Of a DNA stretch of 64,000 bases, positions 20,638 to 31,949 are shown in pieces. This DNA comes from Longimicrobiales bacterium (lineage in GTDB: Bacteria; Gemmatimonadota; Gemmatimonadetes; Longimicrobiales; Gaopeijiaceae). The stretch is taken from contig CBDAON010000003.1 of NCBI GenBank assembly GCA_965198065.1, positions 1 through 64,000 on the forward strand, written 5' to 3'. The position numbers and the translations under genes are program-made. The notes under the pieces are model-generated. The model worked only from the letters and a program-made list of their open reading frames with translations, did not search any database and had not been told where the DNA came from. Positions within the stretch are counted from its first letter, which is position 1. Each line of letters starts with the position of its first letter.

Positions 20638-22842
20638 ATGAGACTTCTAGACCTTCATCCCCCACGCGCCCTGAGGGCGATCTGCGCCTGCGCGGCCGCG
20701 ACCCTGGCCGCGTGCTCGACCGACGGAGGCGTGCCCGAAGCTCCGGATCTACGGATCGAGAGCCTCTCCACCCGCCCCTATCTGGTCACCGGAGGCGACG
20801 TGCTGCTGAGCGTCGAGCTCGGGCCCGGGGTGGCGGCGGAAGGCGTGGAGATCCTCGCCAACGGACGAGACGTGACGAGCCACTTCCGACCCGTCGAAGG
20901 CAGCGGACGGCTCGTGGGCCTCGTGTACGGGCTCCATGAGGGCCCCAACACGGTCGAAGCTCGGATTCCCGGCGGCGCCGGAGCCGAGCTCCAGGTTACC
21001 AACTATCCGATCTGGGGCCCCATCATCTCCGGTCCGCACGAGTCGCCCTTCCTCTGCCAGACCGAGGAGTTCACGCTCGCCACGGGATCGAATCTCGGCG
21101 CGGCGCTGGACGAGCACTGCTCCGTCGAGACCCGCGTGGACTACGTGTACTTCTCGACGTCGGACGACGACTTCAAGCCTTACACGGCCGCCGCAATGGA
21201 CGTGGCGCAAGTCACCACGCTCGATGGGGAGGCCGTTCCGTTTATCGTGCGCGTCGAGACGGGGACCCTGAACCGCGCCATCTACCAGAGCGCGCTGCTC
21301 CACGACCTGGCCGACCCAACCCCCGACCCGTGGACGCCCAGCCGGGGTTGGAACGGCAAGCTCGTCTACACGCACGGAGGCGGGTGCCGGAGAGGATGGT
21401 TCCGCCAGGGCAGCGGCACGGGCACGGTCCTCAACCAGGGGCTGCTCGAGATGGGGTACGCCGTCACGTCGGCTTCGTTGAATGTCTACGGCAGCAACTG
21501 CAACGACCTGCTCGCGTCAGAGACGCACATCATGGTGAAGGAGCGGTTCGTCGAGGCGTACGGTGAGCTGGTCTACACCATCGGTACCGGGGGATCGGGG
21601 GGCTCGTACCAGAGCCATCAGACCGCTGACAATTACCCGGGAGTGTTCGACGGCATCATGGTGTCCTCGAGCTTCCCGGACGTGACCTCGGCCACGATCT
21701 TCACGCTCGCCGACGCCCGGCTCCTGCACCACTACTTTACGAACGTCGTGCCCGGCCTCTTCACCCGTGAGGAAGAGCAACTGATCTCCGGGTTCGGTTC
21801 CTGGGGGAGCATCGCGAACCTGAGCGCCGGAGCGGCGCGGATCGACCCGACGTACGAGGAAGGTGTGCCCGACGAGGCCCAGGGCGCCGAGGTGAGTCTC
21901 CCGGAGCTCGAGCCGATGCGCTACAGCGAAGCGAACCCCCATGGAATCCGCGCCACGGTTTACGACCACACGGTCAACGTCTACGGCGTCGACGCCGCCA
22001 CCGGCTTCGCGGCCCGGCCCCTCGACAACCACGGCGTACAGTACGGGCTGGCCGTGCTGAACCGCGGCGAGATCACCAAGGAGCAGTTCCTCGCGCTGAA
22101 CGGGGACATCGGGGGGTTCGACGCCGACCTGAACCACGTGTCCGACCGGCACCGGGCCGATCCACAGGCGGCGAGGCGTGCTCTCGACACCGGGCGGATC
22201 CTGAACGGCGGCGCGGGGCTCGCCTCCACCCCAGTCATCGATTACAGGAGCTATGGGGACGACCGTGAGGGTGGCGACATCCACATGATCGTGCACCAGT
22301 TCACGACGCGCGCGCGGCTCCAGAAGGCAAACGGCCACGCAGCCAACCACGTGATGGCAATCGGGGGGGAGTGGGGCTACACGGAGGACCGGCCGGACCT
22401 GGGCGTGCTCTTCCGACAGATGGACGAGTGGCTCATGAACCTCGTGGAGGGTGACGAGCTGGGGCCCCGGGCCGAGCGAGTCGTGGGAGCCAAGCCTGCC
22501 GGCCTCGTCGATCAGTGCTGGGACACGCGGGGAGCGGAGCGGGTCAACGTGCAGGAGCCCCTCTCCTTCGAAGGGAACGGAACCTGCGGCGATCTTTATC
22601 GGCCGTTCCCCACTGCACGCCACGTCGCGGGGGCCCCGCTGACCAACGACATCGTGAGCTGTCGCCTGAAGCCGCTCGACCCCTCGGACTACGAGGTCAC
22701 GTTCACCCCCACCGAGTGGGCCGAGCTAGAGGCGATGTTCCCGGAGGGCGTCTGCGATTGGAACCAGCCCGACGCCCACAGCGAGGGCTATCAGGGAACG
22801 TGGCTCTCGCTCGGCCCGTCGGACGTCAATCCGGCGCGCTGA
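20638..22842 (+). CDS. DUF6351 (tannase-like) lipoprotein
   Basis: Lipobox LAAC; RVETGTLNRAIY, WNGKLVYTHGGGC, GGSGGSYQ and FPEGVCDW motifs. Confidence 0.75.
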   Translation: MRLLDLHPPRALRAICACAAATLAACSTDGGVPEAPDLRIESLSTRPYLVTGGDVLLSVELGPGVAAEGVEILANGRDVTSHFRPVEGSGRLVGLVYGLHEGPNTVEARIPGGAGAELQVTNYPIWGPIISGPHESPFLCQTEEFTLATGSNLGAALDEHCSVETRVDYVYFSTSDDDFKPYTAAAMDVAQVTTLDGEAVPFIVRVETGTLNRAIYQSALLHDLADPTPDPWTPSRGWNGKLVYTHGGGCRRGWFRQGSGTGTVLNQGLLEMGYAVTSASLNVYGSNCNDLLASETHIMVKERFVEAYGELVYTIGTGGSGGSYQSHQTADNYPGVFDGIMVSSSFPDVTSATIFTLADARLLHHYFTNVVPGLFTREEEQLISGFGSWGSIANLSAGAARIDPTYEEGVPDEAQGAEVSLPELEPMRYSEANPHGIRATVYDHTVNVYGVDAATGFAARPLDNHGVQYGLAVLNRGEITKEQFLALNGDIGGFDADLNHVSDRHRADPQAARRALDTGRILNGGAGLASTPVIDYRSYGDDREGGDIHMIVHQFTTRARLQKANGHAANHVMAIGGEWGYTEDRPDLGVLFRQMDEWLMNLVEGDELGPRAERVVGAKPAGLVDQCWDTRGAERVNVQEPLSFEGNGTCGDLYRPFPTARHVAGAPLTNDIVSCRLKPLDPSDYEVTFTPTEWAELEAMFPEGVCDWNQPDAHSEGYQGTWLSLGPSDVNPAR

Positions 22843-23233
22843 GCGCGTTCCTGCGGGAACTGTCGCGGTCGGGAACGCACGGCGCTTCCAACGGGCCGGA
22901 GCGGGTAGCTCCTGAAGCCCGGCCCTCCCAGGTTCGGGAGGGCCGGGTGAGTTGTGCCGCTGGACCTCCTCAGTCGGTCACGTGGACGGCCTGTATCTCG
23001 AGGAAGTTTCTCACCTCGTTCCCCACGAAGACGCCGCCCGTCTCAGGCGCCTGAGCCCGCCGTCGCCGGCCGGCCGAGAGTCCGCCTCCGAGCCCCCGCC
23101 GGGAGCATACTCTCAGGCCACCTTTCCATTCTGTCGCATAACCCCACATTCACGGTCGTCAGCGCGCCCGGTGCTCGGTGACGGGATGGTCGTCGGCGCG
23201 CGGTGCCGGACGACGGGATGGAGGCCCCAGGGC

Positions 23234-25468
23234 ATGAGCTCCAACGCTCGAGCGGAACAAGCCCCGACCCGGGGACACGGATTCGGCACCTGGCCGGTGT
23301 TCCTGGCCAGCGTGAGCACGATCCTCGGCGCCATCATGCTCCTCCGGTTCGGCTACGCGGTGGGGCACGTGGGGTTACTTGGGGCCCTCGCCATCATCGC
23401 CCTGGGACACCTCGTCACGGTCCCGACGGCGCTCGCAATCGCCGAGATCGCGACCAACCGGCGAGTCGAGGGGGGCGGCGAGTACTTCATCATCTCCCGA
23501 TCGTTCGGAACCACAATCGGGGGGGCGATTGGGATCAGCCTCTACCTGTCCCAGGCGATTTCGGTGGCGTTCTACATGATCGCGTTTGCGGAGGCCTTCT
23601 CGCCGCTCGCGGGCTGGTACCAGAACCTGACCGGATCCCCGCTCGATCCGCGCATCGTGTCACTGCCCGCCACCCTTGGGCTCGTCGCGTTCGTTCTGAC
23701 GAAGGGAGCGGACCTGGGCATCAAGGCGCTCTGGGCCGTGGTGGGGATCCTCGGGATCTCCCTCGTCACGTTCTTCCTCGGGAGCCCGCCTCCGGACATC
23801 GTGCCGGAAGGGCTCTCCCTGGTCTCTCAGCTGGAGGAGAGCGACCCCTTCATCCTCGTGTTCGCCATCGTCTTCCCCGCCTTCACGGGAATGACCGCGG
23901 GCGTCGGCCTCTCGGGCGACCTGGCCAACCCCCGCCGTTCGATCCCACTCGGCATCATGGCGGCGACGTTCACGGGGATGCTCGTTTACGTGCTCCTCGT
24001 TATCAAGCTGTCCACGTCGGCCAGCTCCGAGGCCCTGGCGACCGACTATCTGATCATGGGCCGAATCGCGCTCTGGGGCCCGATCATCCCCATCGGGTTG
24101 GCCGCGGCCACCATCTCCTCGGCCATCGGCTCGATCCTGGTCGCGCCGCGCACGCTACAGGCCCTCGCCAAAGACCGCATCGTGCCCTTCGAGCGAGCGA
24201 ACCGATTCCTCGCCGCGCGTGTGGGCGAGAAAGACGAGCCACGGAACGCAACGTTCGTGACGTCGGCACTCGCCCTCATCTTCGTCACTCTCGGCAACGT
24301 GGACGTCGTGGCGAGGATCGTATCGATGTTCTTCATGGTCACCTACGGAGCGCTCTGCGCGATCTCGTTCCTCGAGCACTTCGCGGCCCGGCCCTCCTAC
24401 CGCCCCAGCTTCCGATCGAAGTGGTACCTGAGCCTCACAGGCGCGGTGATGTGCCTGATCCTCATGCTCCAGATGGACCTCGTGTTCGCGCTGGCGGCCA
24501 TCGTGACCATGTGTGGGCTGTATGTGCTGATCCGCCGCGGACGCGGTGGCGCGAACGATCTCGGAGCGATCTTCCAGGGGGTGATGACGCAAGCCACCCG
24601 CTACCTCCAGATCCGGCTCCAGAAGAGCCCGCCGAGCGACTGGCGGCCGAGCGTGATCACGATCTCCCCGCGAACGTTCGATCGCTCGTCTCCCGTCCAA
24701 CTCCTCGAGTGGCTCTGTCACCGCTACGGGTTCGGTACTTACCTCCACCACATTCCGGGCATGCTGACCCCGGACACGTTCCGGGAGAGCCGTGTCGTGC
24801 AGGAGCATCTGGTGCGGGCCGAGCGCGAGCGGAGGGGCGCGATCTACATGGACACGATGGTCAGCCCGTCCATGGCCTCCGCGCTGGCGCAGAGCCTCCA
24901 GATGCCCGGCGTGTCCGGAATGGAGAACAACACGATCCTCTTTGAGCTCGCGGACCACGACGGGGACGAGGTCGTCCAAGAGGTCCTGGCCGGGCTACGC
25001 CTCTCCGCGGCCTCCAGGATGAACCAACTCGTGCTCCGTCACGGGGACAACTTCTTCGGGTCGCACAAGAGCATTCACGTGTGGCTCACCTGGCACGACA
25101 CCCGAAACGCCAACCTCATGATCCTCCTGTCGTACATCCTGCTCGGACATCCGGACTGGCGTGAAGCCGAGATCTCCATCTTCGCCGCGTATCCCCGCCA
25201 GGAGGCCCGGGAACGAACAGAGCAGCTGAACGAGATGATCTCGGGCGGCCGTCTCCTCATCAGCGAGAAGAACGTGCTCGTGATCGGCACGGATGACCGC
25301 ATCGACTTCGAGCAGCTCGTGGAAGCCCGCTCGGGGGAAGCGGACCTCGTGCTGGTCGGGTTCACCGACGAGCGACTTGAGCGGCGGGGCGCCGACCTTC
25401 TGAAGCGGTTCCCGGATCTCCGGGACGTCCTCTTCGTCTCGGCCGAGGAGAGGATCTTCATCGAATAG
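23234..25468 (+). CDS. Amino-acid permease / SLC12-like cation-chloride cotransporter
   Basis: GGGEYFIISRSFG, FAIVFPAFTGMTAG..LSGDL..P..SIPLG and WRP motifs; large cytoplasmic C-terminal domain. Confidence 0.85.
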   Translation: MSSNARAEQAPTRGHGFGTWPVFLASVSTILGAIMLLRFGYAVGHVGLLGALAIIALGHLVTVPTALAIAEIATNRRVEGGGEYFIISRSFGTTIGGAIGISLYLSQAISVAFYMIAFAEAFSPLAGWYQNLTGSPLDPRIVSLPATLGLVAFVLTKGADLGIKALWAVVGILGISLVTFFLGSPPPDIVPEGLSLVSQLEESDPFILVFAIVFPAFTGMTAGVGLSGDLANPRRSIPLGIMAATFTGMLVYVLLVIKLSTSASSEALATDYLIMGRIALWGPIIPIGLAAATISSAIGSILVAPRTLQALAKDRIVPFERANRFLAARVGEKDEPRNATFVTSALALIFVTLGNVDVVARIVSMFFMVTYGALCAISFLEHFAARPSYRPSFRSKWYLSLTGAVMCLILMLQMDLVFALAAIVTMCGLYVLIRRGRGGANDLGAIFQGVMTQATRYLQIRLQKSPPSDWRPSVITISPRTFDRSSPVQLLEWLCHRYGFGTYLHHIPGMLTPDTFRESRVVQEHLVRAERERRGAIYMDTMVSPSMASALAQSLQMPGVSGMENNTILFELADHDGDEVVQEVLAGLRLSAASRMNQLVLRHGDNFFGSHKSIHVWLTWHDTRNANLMILLSYILLGHPDWREAEISIFAAYPRQEARERTEQLNEMISGGRLLISEKNVLVIGTDDRIDFEQLVEARSGEADLVLVGFTDERLERRGADLLKRFPDLRDVLFVSAEERIFIE

Positions 25469-25486
25469 CGGGGGCACGCTGAACGC

Positions 25487-26133
25487 TCAGGTTGACAACG
25501 GGAGGTCCGAGATGACCTGCTGTATCTGCTTGTCGTCCGGCGGACGTCGGTCGGGCGGCCAGGACCGGCTTCGGAGGGAGTAGCTGAAATAGCTGGAAGG
25601 GGGAACCCACTCCGGGTCCCTATCTTGCCCCTCACATCGACCCGGGCGAAGACGTCCAGGTCACCCGAGCCTGGAGTGTGCCCGATCGCCACTGTCCGGT
25701 GATCGGGCGGAATCTGGTAGTACGTCCTCTTCGTGGGACCGAACTCGACGATGGCACGAAGCAGCTCATCCATGGAGCTGGACGCTCCTGAGCTCTGGAG
25801 AGCGTCACTCATGTGCCGGCACACCCGCCCGATCGCGTCGGGCTGGAGCTCGGCTCGACGGCTCTCGAAGTCGGGGCAGTTACAGGTGAGGGCGCCCAGG
25901 TTTACCGAATAGCTCACCTCACTCTCCGGGCCGTCCGATACGGAGACGGTTGACGCGAACGCCACCGGGCGGGGAGGAAGCGAGGTGATCACCTTCACTC
26001 CCTTCCGCCCTCGCACCTTCACGCTCGTGCGGCCCGGCTCGCCGTCGCCGTCCCTGTCTCGGTACACGAACAGCCGAACCGTGAGCCAGAGCAGGAGAAG
26101 AGCGAGGATCGCCAGGACGGGATCGGTCGGCAT
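25487..26133 (-). CDS. Membrane-anchored protein with SWIM-type zinc finger (frameshift near 25610)
   Basis: N-terminal TM helix; YSVNLGALTCNCPDF...VCRH. Confidence 0.6.
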
Positions 26134-26316
26134 GGCTCACGGCCCTCTCGGGGCGCGGTCTCGAAGGCCCGGCACCGGTTGCGAACGCAAGGAGATAGCC
26201 CCCCGCGGAAGGCCATCCGCAACCAACTTATGGGATCGGCCAGGCTGAAACTACCGACCCCCCGTCATGCTGACGCAAAACGAGTGGGGCCCGGGGGAGG
26301 AAGCGGGCTCACCCCC

Positions 26317-27333
26317 TCACCCCCCTGGCGTGAACACATCCACCAGGTCCAAGAGCTGATCGTTCTCGTCCCGCCCCCCAAACAGGTACAACCGCCCTCC
26401 CGCCGCCGCGCCCTTCAGCCCATGTCGGAAGGCGGGGGCGTCTGCCAGACGGGTCCAGCTATCTGTGGCGGGGTCATAGACCTCCGTCGCGTTGGGCGGG
26501 AATGCCTGGGAACCCCCTTCCGCGGCCGGCCCGGTCGCGTAAATCTTCCCGTCGATCACGCCAATCGCGACCATCCCCCTGATGAACCTCATGGGGGCGA
26601 GATCGACCCAGGTGTCGGTCTGCGGATCGTACCTCTCGACGTGCGTGACCCCTCCCTGTGGCTGGGGCTGTTCCCCTCCAATGGCGTAGAGAACCCCGGC
26701 CACAACTGCGACCTCGCCGTCCGTACGGGGACGGTTCAAGTCCGCCGCAGAGGTCCAGCTGTTGGTTCCCGGGTCGTAAACATCCACCCACGAGAGGCTG
26801 TTGTCCCCCGTCTGCCCTCCGACCACGTAGATCTTTCCCCCCAACAGGCCCGCCTGCGGGCCGTGACGCGCCCGGGGCATTGAGGCCCAGGTGGTCCAGG
26901 TATCGGTTGCGGGATCGTACCTCTCGTTCGTGTCCAGCGGCGGGCAACACCCACCGAGCAAGAAGATCTTCCCGTCCACAACGGCGGTCGCCATTTCGTT
27001 CCTGGCGGTCGGCATCGTAGCTCCTGTGCTCCAGGAGTCGGTCAAGGGATCGTAGATCTCGACAACCGAGATCTCGTTGGCTTCGGCTCCCTGCCCCCCG
27101 AAGACGTAGATTCGCTGGTTCACCTCCGCCGTTCCGACAACCGACCTGGGCGTGGGCATGGGCGTCCCCGTCGCCCAACTCCCGCAGCCCACCTCACAGG
27201 CGTTCGGGTCCTCAAGCTGCTCGCCTTCGCCGACCTCTTCCCCTCCCGTCGGCCCGCTGCTGTCGCACCCGCCGAGGGCGACGAGGGTGAGCAGAAGCAG
27301 GAAACTCCGGGCCATCCTTTCCGGGGGGCTCAC
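26317..27333 (-). CDS. Kelch-repeat lipoprotein
   Basis: Lipobox LGGC; six GG...YDP..W Kelch repeats. Confidence 0.9.
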   Translation of the reverse strand: MSPPERMARSFLLLLTLVALGGCDSSGPTGGEEVGEGEQLEDPNACEVGCGSWATGTPMPTPRSVVGTAEVNQRIYVFGGQGAEANEISVVEIYDPLTDSWSTGATMPTARNEMATAVVDGKIFLLGGCCPPLDTNERYDPATDTWTTWASMPRARHGPQAGLLGGKIYVVGGQTGDNSLSWVDVYDPGTNSWTSAADLNRPRTDGEVAVVAGVLYAIGGEQPQPQGGVTHVERYDPQTDTWVDLAPMRFIRGMVAIGVIDGKIYATGPAAEGGSQAFPPNATEVYDPATDSWTRLADAPAFRHGLKGAAAGGRLYLFGGRDENDQLLDLVDVFTPGG

Positions 27334-27376
27334 TGTGCCATCCTCCCTGCCCCAACTCTTCGAAGAACGTTCTGCG

Positions 27377-27928
27377 CTAGAGAGCTGAGAGCCACGGTGA
27401 GTTAAGGACGTGCAGGATTAGAACGGTGCCCACGATCGCGAGCGGCCTGCCGCCGAACGACTGATCAGCCTTCGACCGCCGCCAGTAATACCCGAGAAGT
27501 GCGGCCACAAGGCCCAACTCCAGGAACCACCACCCGACCGGTAGCGACCTCCAAAGCCCCATTCCCAAGTGCACCTCGGAACGGGGCCATAGGGCCAGGT
27601 CAGCAGGGTGCATAGGGAGGTCCAGGATGAAGTGGGAGAAGACAGCGGCACACATCACGATCATGACCCTGCCACCAAATCGAAGAAACAGGAGACCGAA
27701 CATGACCGACAGGACCACAGAGCTCAGTAAAGAATGGGACCAGTCGATGTAGTCCAAAGAAAATCCAGGAGACTGGCCAGGGGTTAGCGAAACCCGTTCG
27801 ATACCTATCAGCACGAGTGGGCCGAAGAGGATATCAAGCACCCCAACCCCCAGGAGGATGCCCCAGGTCGGAGCCTCGGGGACCTTACCTTTCAGGGCCA
27901 ACCCAGCCGCAAAGTGCCCGGCGTACAC
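27377..27928 (-). CDS. Membrane protein, metal-dependent hydrolase-like
   Basis: MYAGH, WSHSL and SHFILDLPMH motifs with TM segments. Confidence 0.65.
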   Translation of the reverse strand: MYAGHFAAGLALKGKVPEAPTWGILLGVGVLDILFGPLVLIGIERVSLTPGQSPGFSLDYIDWSHSLLSSVVLSVMFGLLFLRFGGRVMIVMCAAVFSHFILDLPMHPADLALWPRSEVHLGMGLWRSLPVGWWFLELGLVAALLGYYWRRSKADQSFGGRPLAIVGTVLILHVLNSPWLSAL

Positions 27929-28326
27929 CTCAGTGGTCCTTAATGTTTTGTGCGAGGCCGGTCTAACCAGGCCAGGATCGGTACCGGTACCAAGAACGAA
28001 ATCAGGACGAACAAAGCAAGGCCAACGGGCGTCATTATCGCTCCCAGCGGATCTCGCGCACGAGGCGCTTCAGAGGATTTTCGGAGGATCGCTCTTGATC
28101 CCGCACTGCTAGAGGAGACGGGAACTGCGCCCGCCGTGAAGCTAAGCCACAAAGTGCTCGACGATTCGGCGTGCTGCAAGAAAATGAGGAGACCACTACG
28201 CGTCCAGAGACAGGGGCAGCGGAGAACCGGCCCCCCTCCTTGGGTCCCATCCTAGAGACCACGTATTATTACGTTTGAGTCTCTCGTAGGGGTGCAAGTC
28301 TTGTCTCGGAGAGGAGACCAAGCACG

Positions 28327-29274
28327 ATGGCGAAGATTATCGCGGTGATGGGTGCGACAGGTGCCCAAGGTGGGGGGCTTGCGAGGGCCATCCTAGGAGA
28401 CCGAAACGGTGAATTCTCAGTTCGCGCGGTGACCCGCGATCCTCAGTCTGACAAGGCCAAGGCATTGGCTGCCCAGGGGGCCGAAGTGGCGAGGGCGGAT
28501 CTCGACGACCCCGCAAGCCTCCGGGCCGCGTTCATGGGAGCATACGGAGCGTTCTGCGTGACCAACTTCTGGGAGCATTTCTCCGGAAAGAAGGAAACCC
28601 AGCAGGCTAAGGCGATGGCGGAAGCGGCTCACGCCACGGGTATCCAGCACACGATCTGGTCCACATTCGAGGATACGCGGGAGTCTGTGCCGCTCGACGA
28701 CGACCGCATGCCGACGATCCAAGACGAATATAAAGTCGCCCACTTCGACGCTAAGGCGGCGGCGAACCACTTCTTCACCGATCTAGGCGTCCCGACAACG
28801 TTCCTCCTGTCCTCGGGTTACTTTGAGAACCTGATCTCGTTCGGGTGGGGACCACAGCGGGGACCGGACGGTCAACTCATCGTGGTGTTCCCGCTCTACG
28901 AAGTAAAGATGCCGATGATCGCGGCCGAAGATATCGGAAAGTGTGCTTTAGGAATTCTCAAGAGACCGGGCGAGTACATCGGCAAAACCGTCGGCATTTC
29001 CGGCGAGCACGTGAGCGGTGTTGAGATGGCCAGTGCGTTGTCAGAAGCCCTCGGAAAGACCGTCACCTATCAAGCCGTCCCACCGGACGTCTACCGCGGG
29101 TTCGAGTTCCCGGGCGCCGAGGACGTGGGGAACATGTTCCAGTTCAAGCATGACTTCGCGGATCTCTACCAGGGCAATCGGAGCGTGGAGGAGAGTCGCA
29201 GGCTCAATCCTGAGCTTCTCGGCTTCAAGGAATGGCTGCGTCATAACGCGGACCGGATTCCCGTGCCGGAATAG
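28327..29274 (+). CDS. NmrA/HSCARG family NAD(P)-binding protein
   Basis: GATGAQGG, FCVTNFWE and HFDAK motifs. Confidence 0.9.
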   Translation: MAKIIAVMGATGAQGGGLARAILGDRNGEFSVRAVTRDPQSDKAKALAAQGAEVARADLDDPASLRAAFMGAYGAFCVTNFWEHFSGKKETQQAKAMAEAAHATGIQHTIWSTFEDTRESVPLDDDRMPTIQDEYKVAHFDAKAAANHFFTDLGVPTTFLLSSGYFENLISFGWGPQRGPDGQLIVVFPLYEVKMPMIAAEDIGKCALGILKRPGEYIGKTVGISGEHVSGVEMASALSEALGKTVTYQAVPPDVYRGFEFPGAEDVGNMFQFKHDFADLYQGNRSVEESRRLNPELLGFKEWLRHNADRIPVPE

Positions 29275-29323
29275 GGTGCGGCCAAGGCTGGAGGGATGGG
29301 GCCAGATCCTCGGGGGAGGCCAC

Positions 29324-29740
29324 ATGACTGGAAGACCGCTGGTTCGTGCGATCGCGGTGCTGTGAGTGTCGCTCGCCATCGTCGGATGCGGAGACGACGG
29401 TGTTGGCCCTGAGAACTCCTTCACGGGACGGTACGATCTGATCTCGGTCAATGGTGAGAGCGTGCCATATGTGATGGCCCAGGTGGGTAACCACGCGCTG
29501 GAGATGACGGCCGGATTCCTTCAGCTAAACAACGACGAGACGTTCAGCACTGCGGGCACTTTCCGTGAAACTGTCGGTGGGAGCGTCTCGACGTACCATC
29601 AGCCGGCCTCAGGGTCTTGGACACGAACCGGCGATCAGGTGAGCCTAACCTACTCGAATGGCAGCGTGGACACGGCGGTGGTCAGCGGGAACCAGCTCAC
29701 GGTCACATCGGACGGGGTGTCCTTCGTCTTCCGTAAGTAG
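29324..29740 (+). CDS. Lipocalin-like lipoprotein (signal peptide split by a frameshift)
   Basis: RBS GGAGG and ATG at 29324; IVGC lipobox in the next frame; GRYDLISVNG. Confidence 0.55.
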
Positions 29741-29878
29741 CGTGAGATATGGTCCCCCGCGCCCGCGGCCTCCGTATTTGCCGGTCGATCGGCTTGTGGC
29801 ACGTTAGACTGCTGAGAAGCAGCAGAATAGGTAGCTAGGCCGCTCCTCAAGAGTGACTCCATCCGAAAGGGGACCTGC

Positions 29879-30514
29879 ATGAGCGCAGCTGAGAGACCCA
29901 GCATCAAGCCGACACCCGACGGCCCCTACCTGGTGAAGGGCCTGCAGCGCCTCTCCAACCAGAGGGGACCCATCGAGGCCCGTGATACGATGGCGCTCTG
30001 TTGCTGCGGGGGGTCGGCCAACAAGCCGTTCTGCGATGGAACACATGCGAAGATTGGATTCTCCTCGGCGAAGCTCCAAGACCGCGTACCGGACAAGCGA
30101 GAAGACTACACTGCTGGGAAGATCACCATCCACGACAACCGGGGGATTTGCGCTCATGCCGGGCGTTGCACCGATGGACTTGCCTCCGTGTTCCGCTTGA
30201 AGCAGGAGCCGTGGATCGAGCCCCAGGGGGCGACCGCAGATCAGATTGTCGAGACTATCCGGAAATGCCCGTCCGGAGCGCTGAGCTACACGGTCGATGG
30301 CGAGGAGCACCGGGACCGCGAGGGCCCTCCGGCGATCCTCGTGTCACCGAACGGCCCTCACGTCGTTACGGGTGGACCGGACCTTCTCGACACGCCGCGC
30401 GGACAGGGTGCTTCGCTGGAGCATTTCACACTCTGTCGGTGCGGCGGATCGAAGAACAAGCCGTTCTGCGATGGTTCGCACTGGTACAACAACTTCTGTG
30501 ACGACGAAAACTGA
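29879..30514 (+). CDS. CDGSH iron-sulfur domain protein with (4Fe-4S) ferredoxin-like middle domain
   Basis: Two C.CGGS.NKPFCDG.H motifs plus CAHAGRC...CPSGAL. Confidence 0.9.
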   Translation: MSAAERPSIKPTPDGPYLVKGLQRLSNQRGPIEARDTMALCCCGGSANKPFCDGTHAKIGFSSAKLQDRVPDKREDYTAGKITIHDNRGICAHAGRCTDGLASVFRLKQEPWIEPQGATADQIVETIRKCPSGALSYTVDGEEHRDREGPPAILVSPNGPHVVTGGPDLLDTPRGQGASLEHFTLCRCGGSKNKPFCDGSHWYNNFCDDEN

Positions 30515-30795
30515 GCTAAGTGATTCGAAAGGAGCGGCATAACAGGCGATTGCTGCAGTCTAGGCGGTCGTACCGTAGCCTCGACGCCAATCTGTGCTCC
30601 GCGTATTCTGTGAGCGAGGCTCTCGGCGCTGGGTCGGCGTTCGGTGCCGATGACCAACTCAAAAATCGGCCCGGCGACTCACGGAGGCGTCTGTCATGCG
30701 TGCCACAGTGTTGCTAGCCGGCGGTGAACTGCGCGATACGATCTGCCCACCCAGGCGTGTAGCGCCCGACTCATCATCCAACACAAGCGCAACAC

Positions 30796-31338
30796 ATGCG
30801 AAGACTCCTGATCGCAACATCCTTTGCGGTGACCGCAGGGCTGTCCGTGCCCGTATCTCACCTTCAAGCACAGGCGGACGAGCCCTTCGAGTTTGCCCTG
30901 TTCAGCCCGATTCAGATGCGCGGCCCGGACACGGCCATCAACGTGTTCCGGTTGTCCCTGCTCTATGGAGAGAACGCATCGGTCAAAGGCCTCGACGTAG
31001 GCGTTGTGTCTCGGAACACGGGCGGAGAGTCGAAGGGGCTCCAGTATTCTGTCGTAGCCTACGTGCAGGGAGACTTTGTCGGGTGGCAAAACGCGTGGCT
31101 CGTTGGGGTGGTTGATGGGACTTTCACGGGTCTTCAAGGGCCGGCGGGTTATAATCACGCCGCTGCTGGAGAGGTCTTTCAGGTGGGGCTGGTAAACACT
31201 GCGGACGACGTGTCAGGCTTTCAGCTCGGGGTCGTGAACATCGCGGAAAACCTGAACGGCCTTCAGATCGGTCTCGTGAATATAATTGAGAGCAAGACGA
31301 CCTTCTCGTTCCTGCCCATCGTGAACTGGTCCTTCTAG
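30796..31338 (+). CDS. LA_2272-like surface repeat protein, copy 1
   Basis: Signal peptide; G.Q.G.VN.A repeats; FLPIVNWSF end. Confidence 0.75.
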   Translation: MRRLLIATSFAVTAGLSVPVSHLQAQADEPFEFALFSPIQMRGPDTAINVFRLSLLYGENASVKGLDVGVVSRNTGGESKGLQYSVVAYVQGDFVGWQNAWLVGVVDGTFTGLQGPAGYNHAAAGEVFQVGLVNTADDVSGFQLGVVNIAENLNGLQIGLVNIIESKTTFSFLPIVNWSF

Positions 31339-31403
31339 CTGCTCAGTCGAAGGAGGAGTCCCGAGCTCGTGTAGCGCGCGACTCATCATCTAACACAGGC
31401 GCA

Positions 31404-31949
31404 ATGATGAGAAGACTCCTGATCTCAGCATCCCTAGCGGTGACTGCCGGGTTGTCCGCACCCGCATCCCACCTTCAGGCCCAGACGATCGAGCCCTTCG
31501 AGTTTGCCTTGTTCAGTCCACTTCAGATACGCGGCCCGGACACAAACATCAATTTCATCCGGTTGTCGTTGCTCTATGGAGAGAACGTGTCGGTCAGAGG
31601 CCTCGACGTGGGCCTCCTATCTTGGAACACGGGCGGAGAGTCGGAGGGGCTCCAGTATTCGCTCATAGGCTACGTGCAGGGAGACTTCGTCGGGTGGCAA
31701 AGCGCCTGGCTCGCCGGAATAGTTGACGGGACTTTCACGGGTCTTCAAGGACCGGCAGGCTACAATCACGCCGCCACCGGAAGAGTCTTTCAGATAGGGT
31801 TCGGAAACACCGCTGACGACGTCTCAGGCGTTCAGTTCGGGCTCGTTAACGTCGCTGAAAACTTGCGCGGCGTTCAGATCGGTCTCATGAACATCATCGA
31901 AAGCAAGACCACGTTCTCGTTCCTGCCGATCGTGAACTGGTCCTTCTAG
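31404..31949 (+). CDS. LA_2272-like surface repeat protein, copy 2
   Basis: Tandem paralogue of 30796-31338. Confidence 0.75.
   Translation: MMRRLLISASLAVTAGLSAPASHLQAQTIEPFEFALFSPLQIRGPDTNINFIRLSLLYGENVSVRGLDVGLLSWNTGGESEGLQYSLIGYVQGDFVGWQSAWLAGIVDGTFTGLQGPAGYNHAATGRVFQIGFGNTADDVSGVQFGLVNVAENLRGVQIGLMNIIESKTTFSFLPIVNWSF

Noticed and set aside
30796..31949. DGR template/variable repeat pair
   Set aside because: Both copies are whole genes and the differences are not restricted to adenines.
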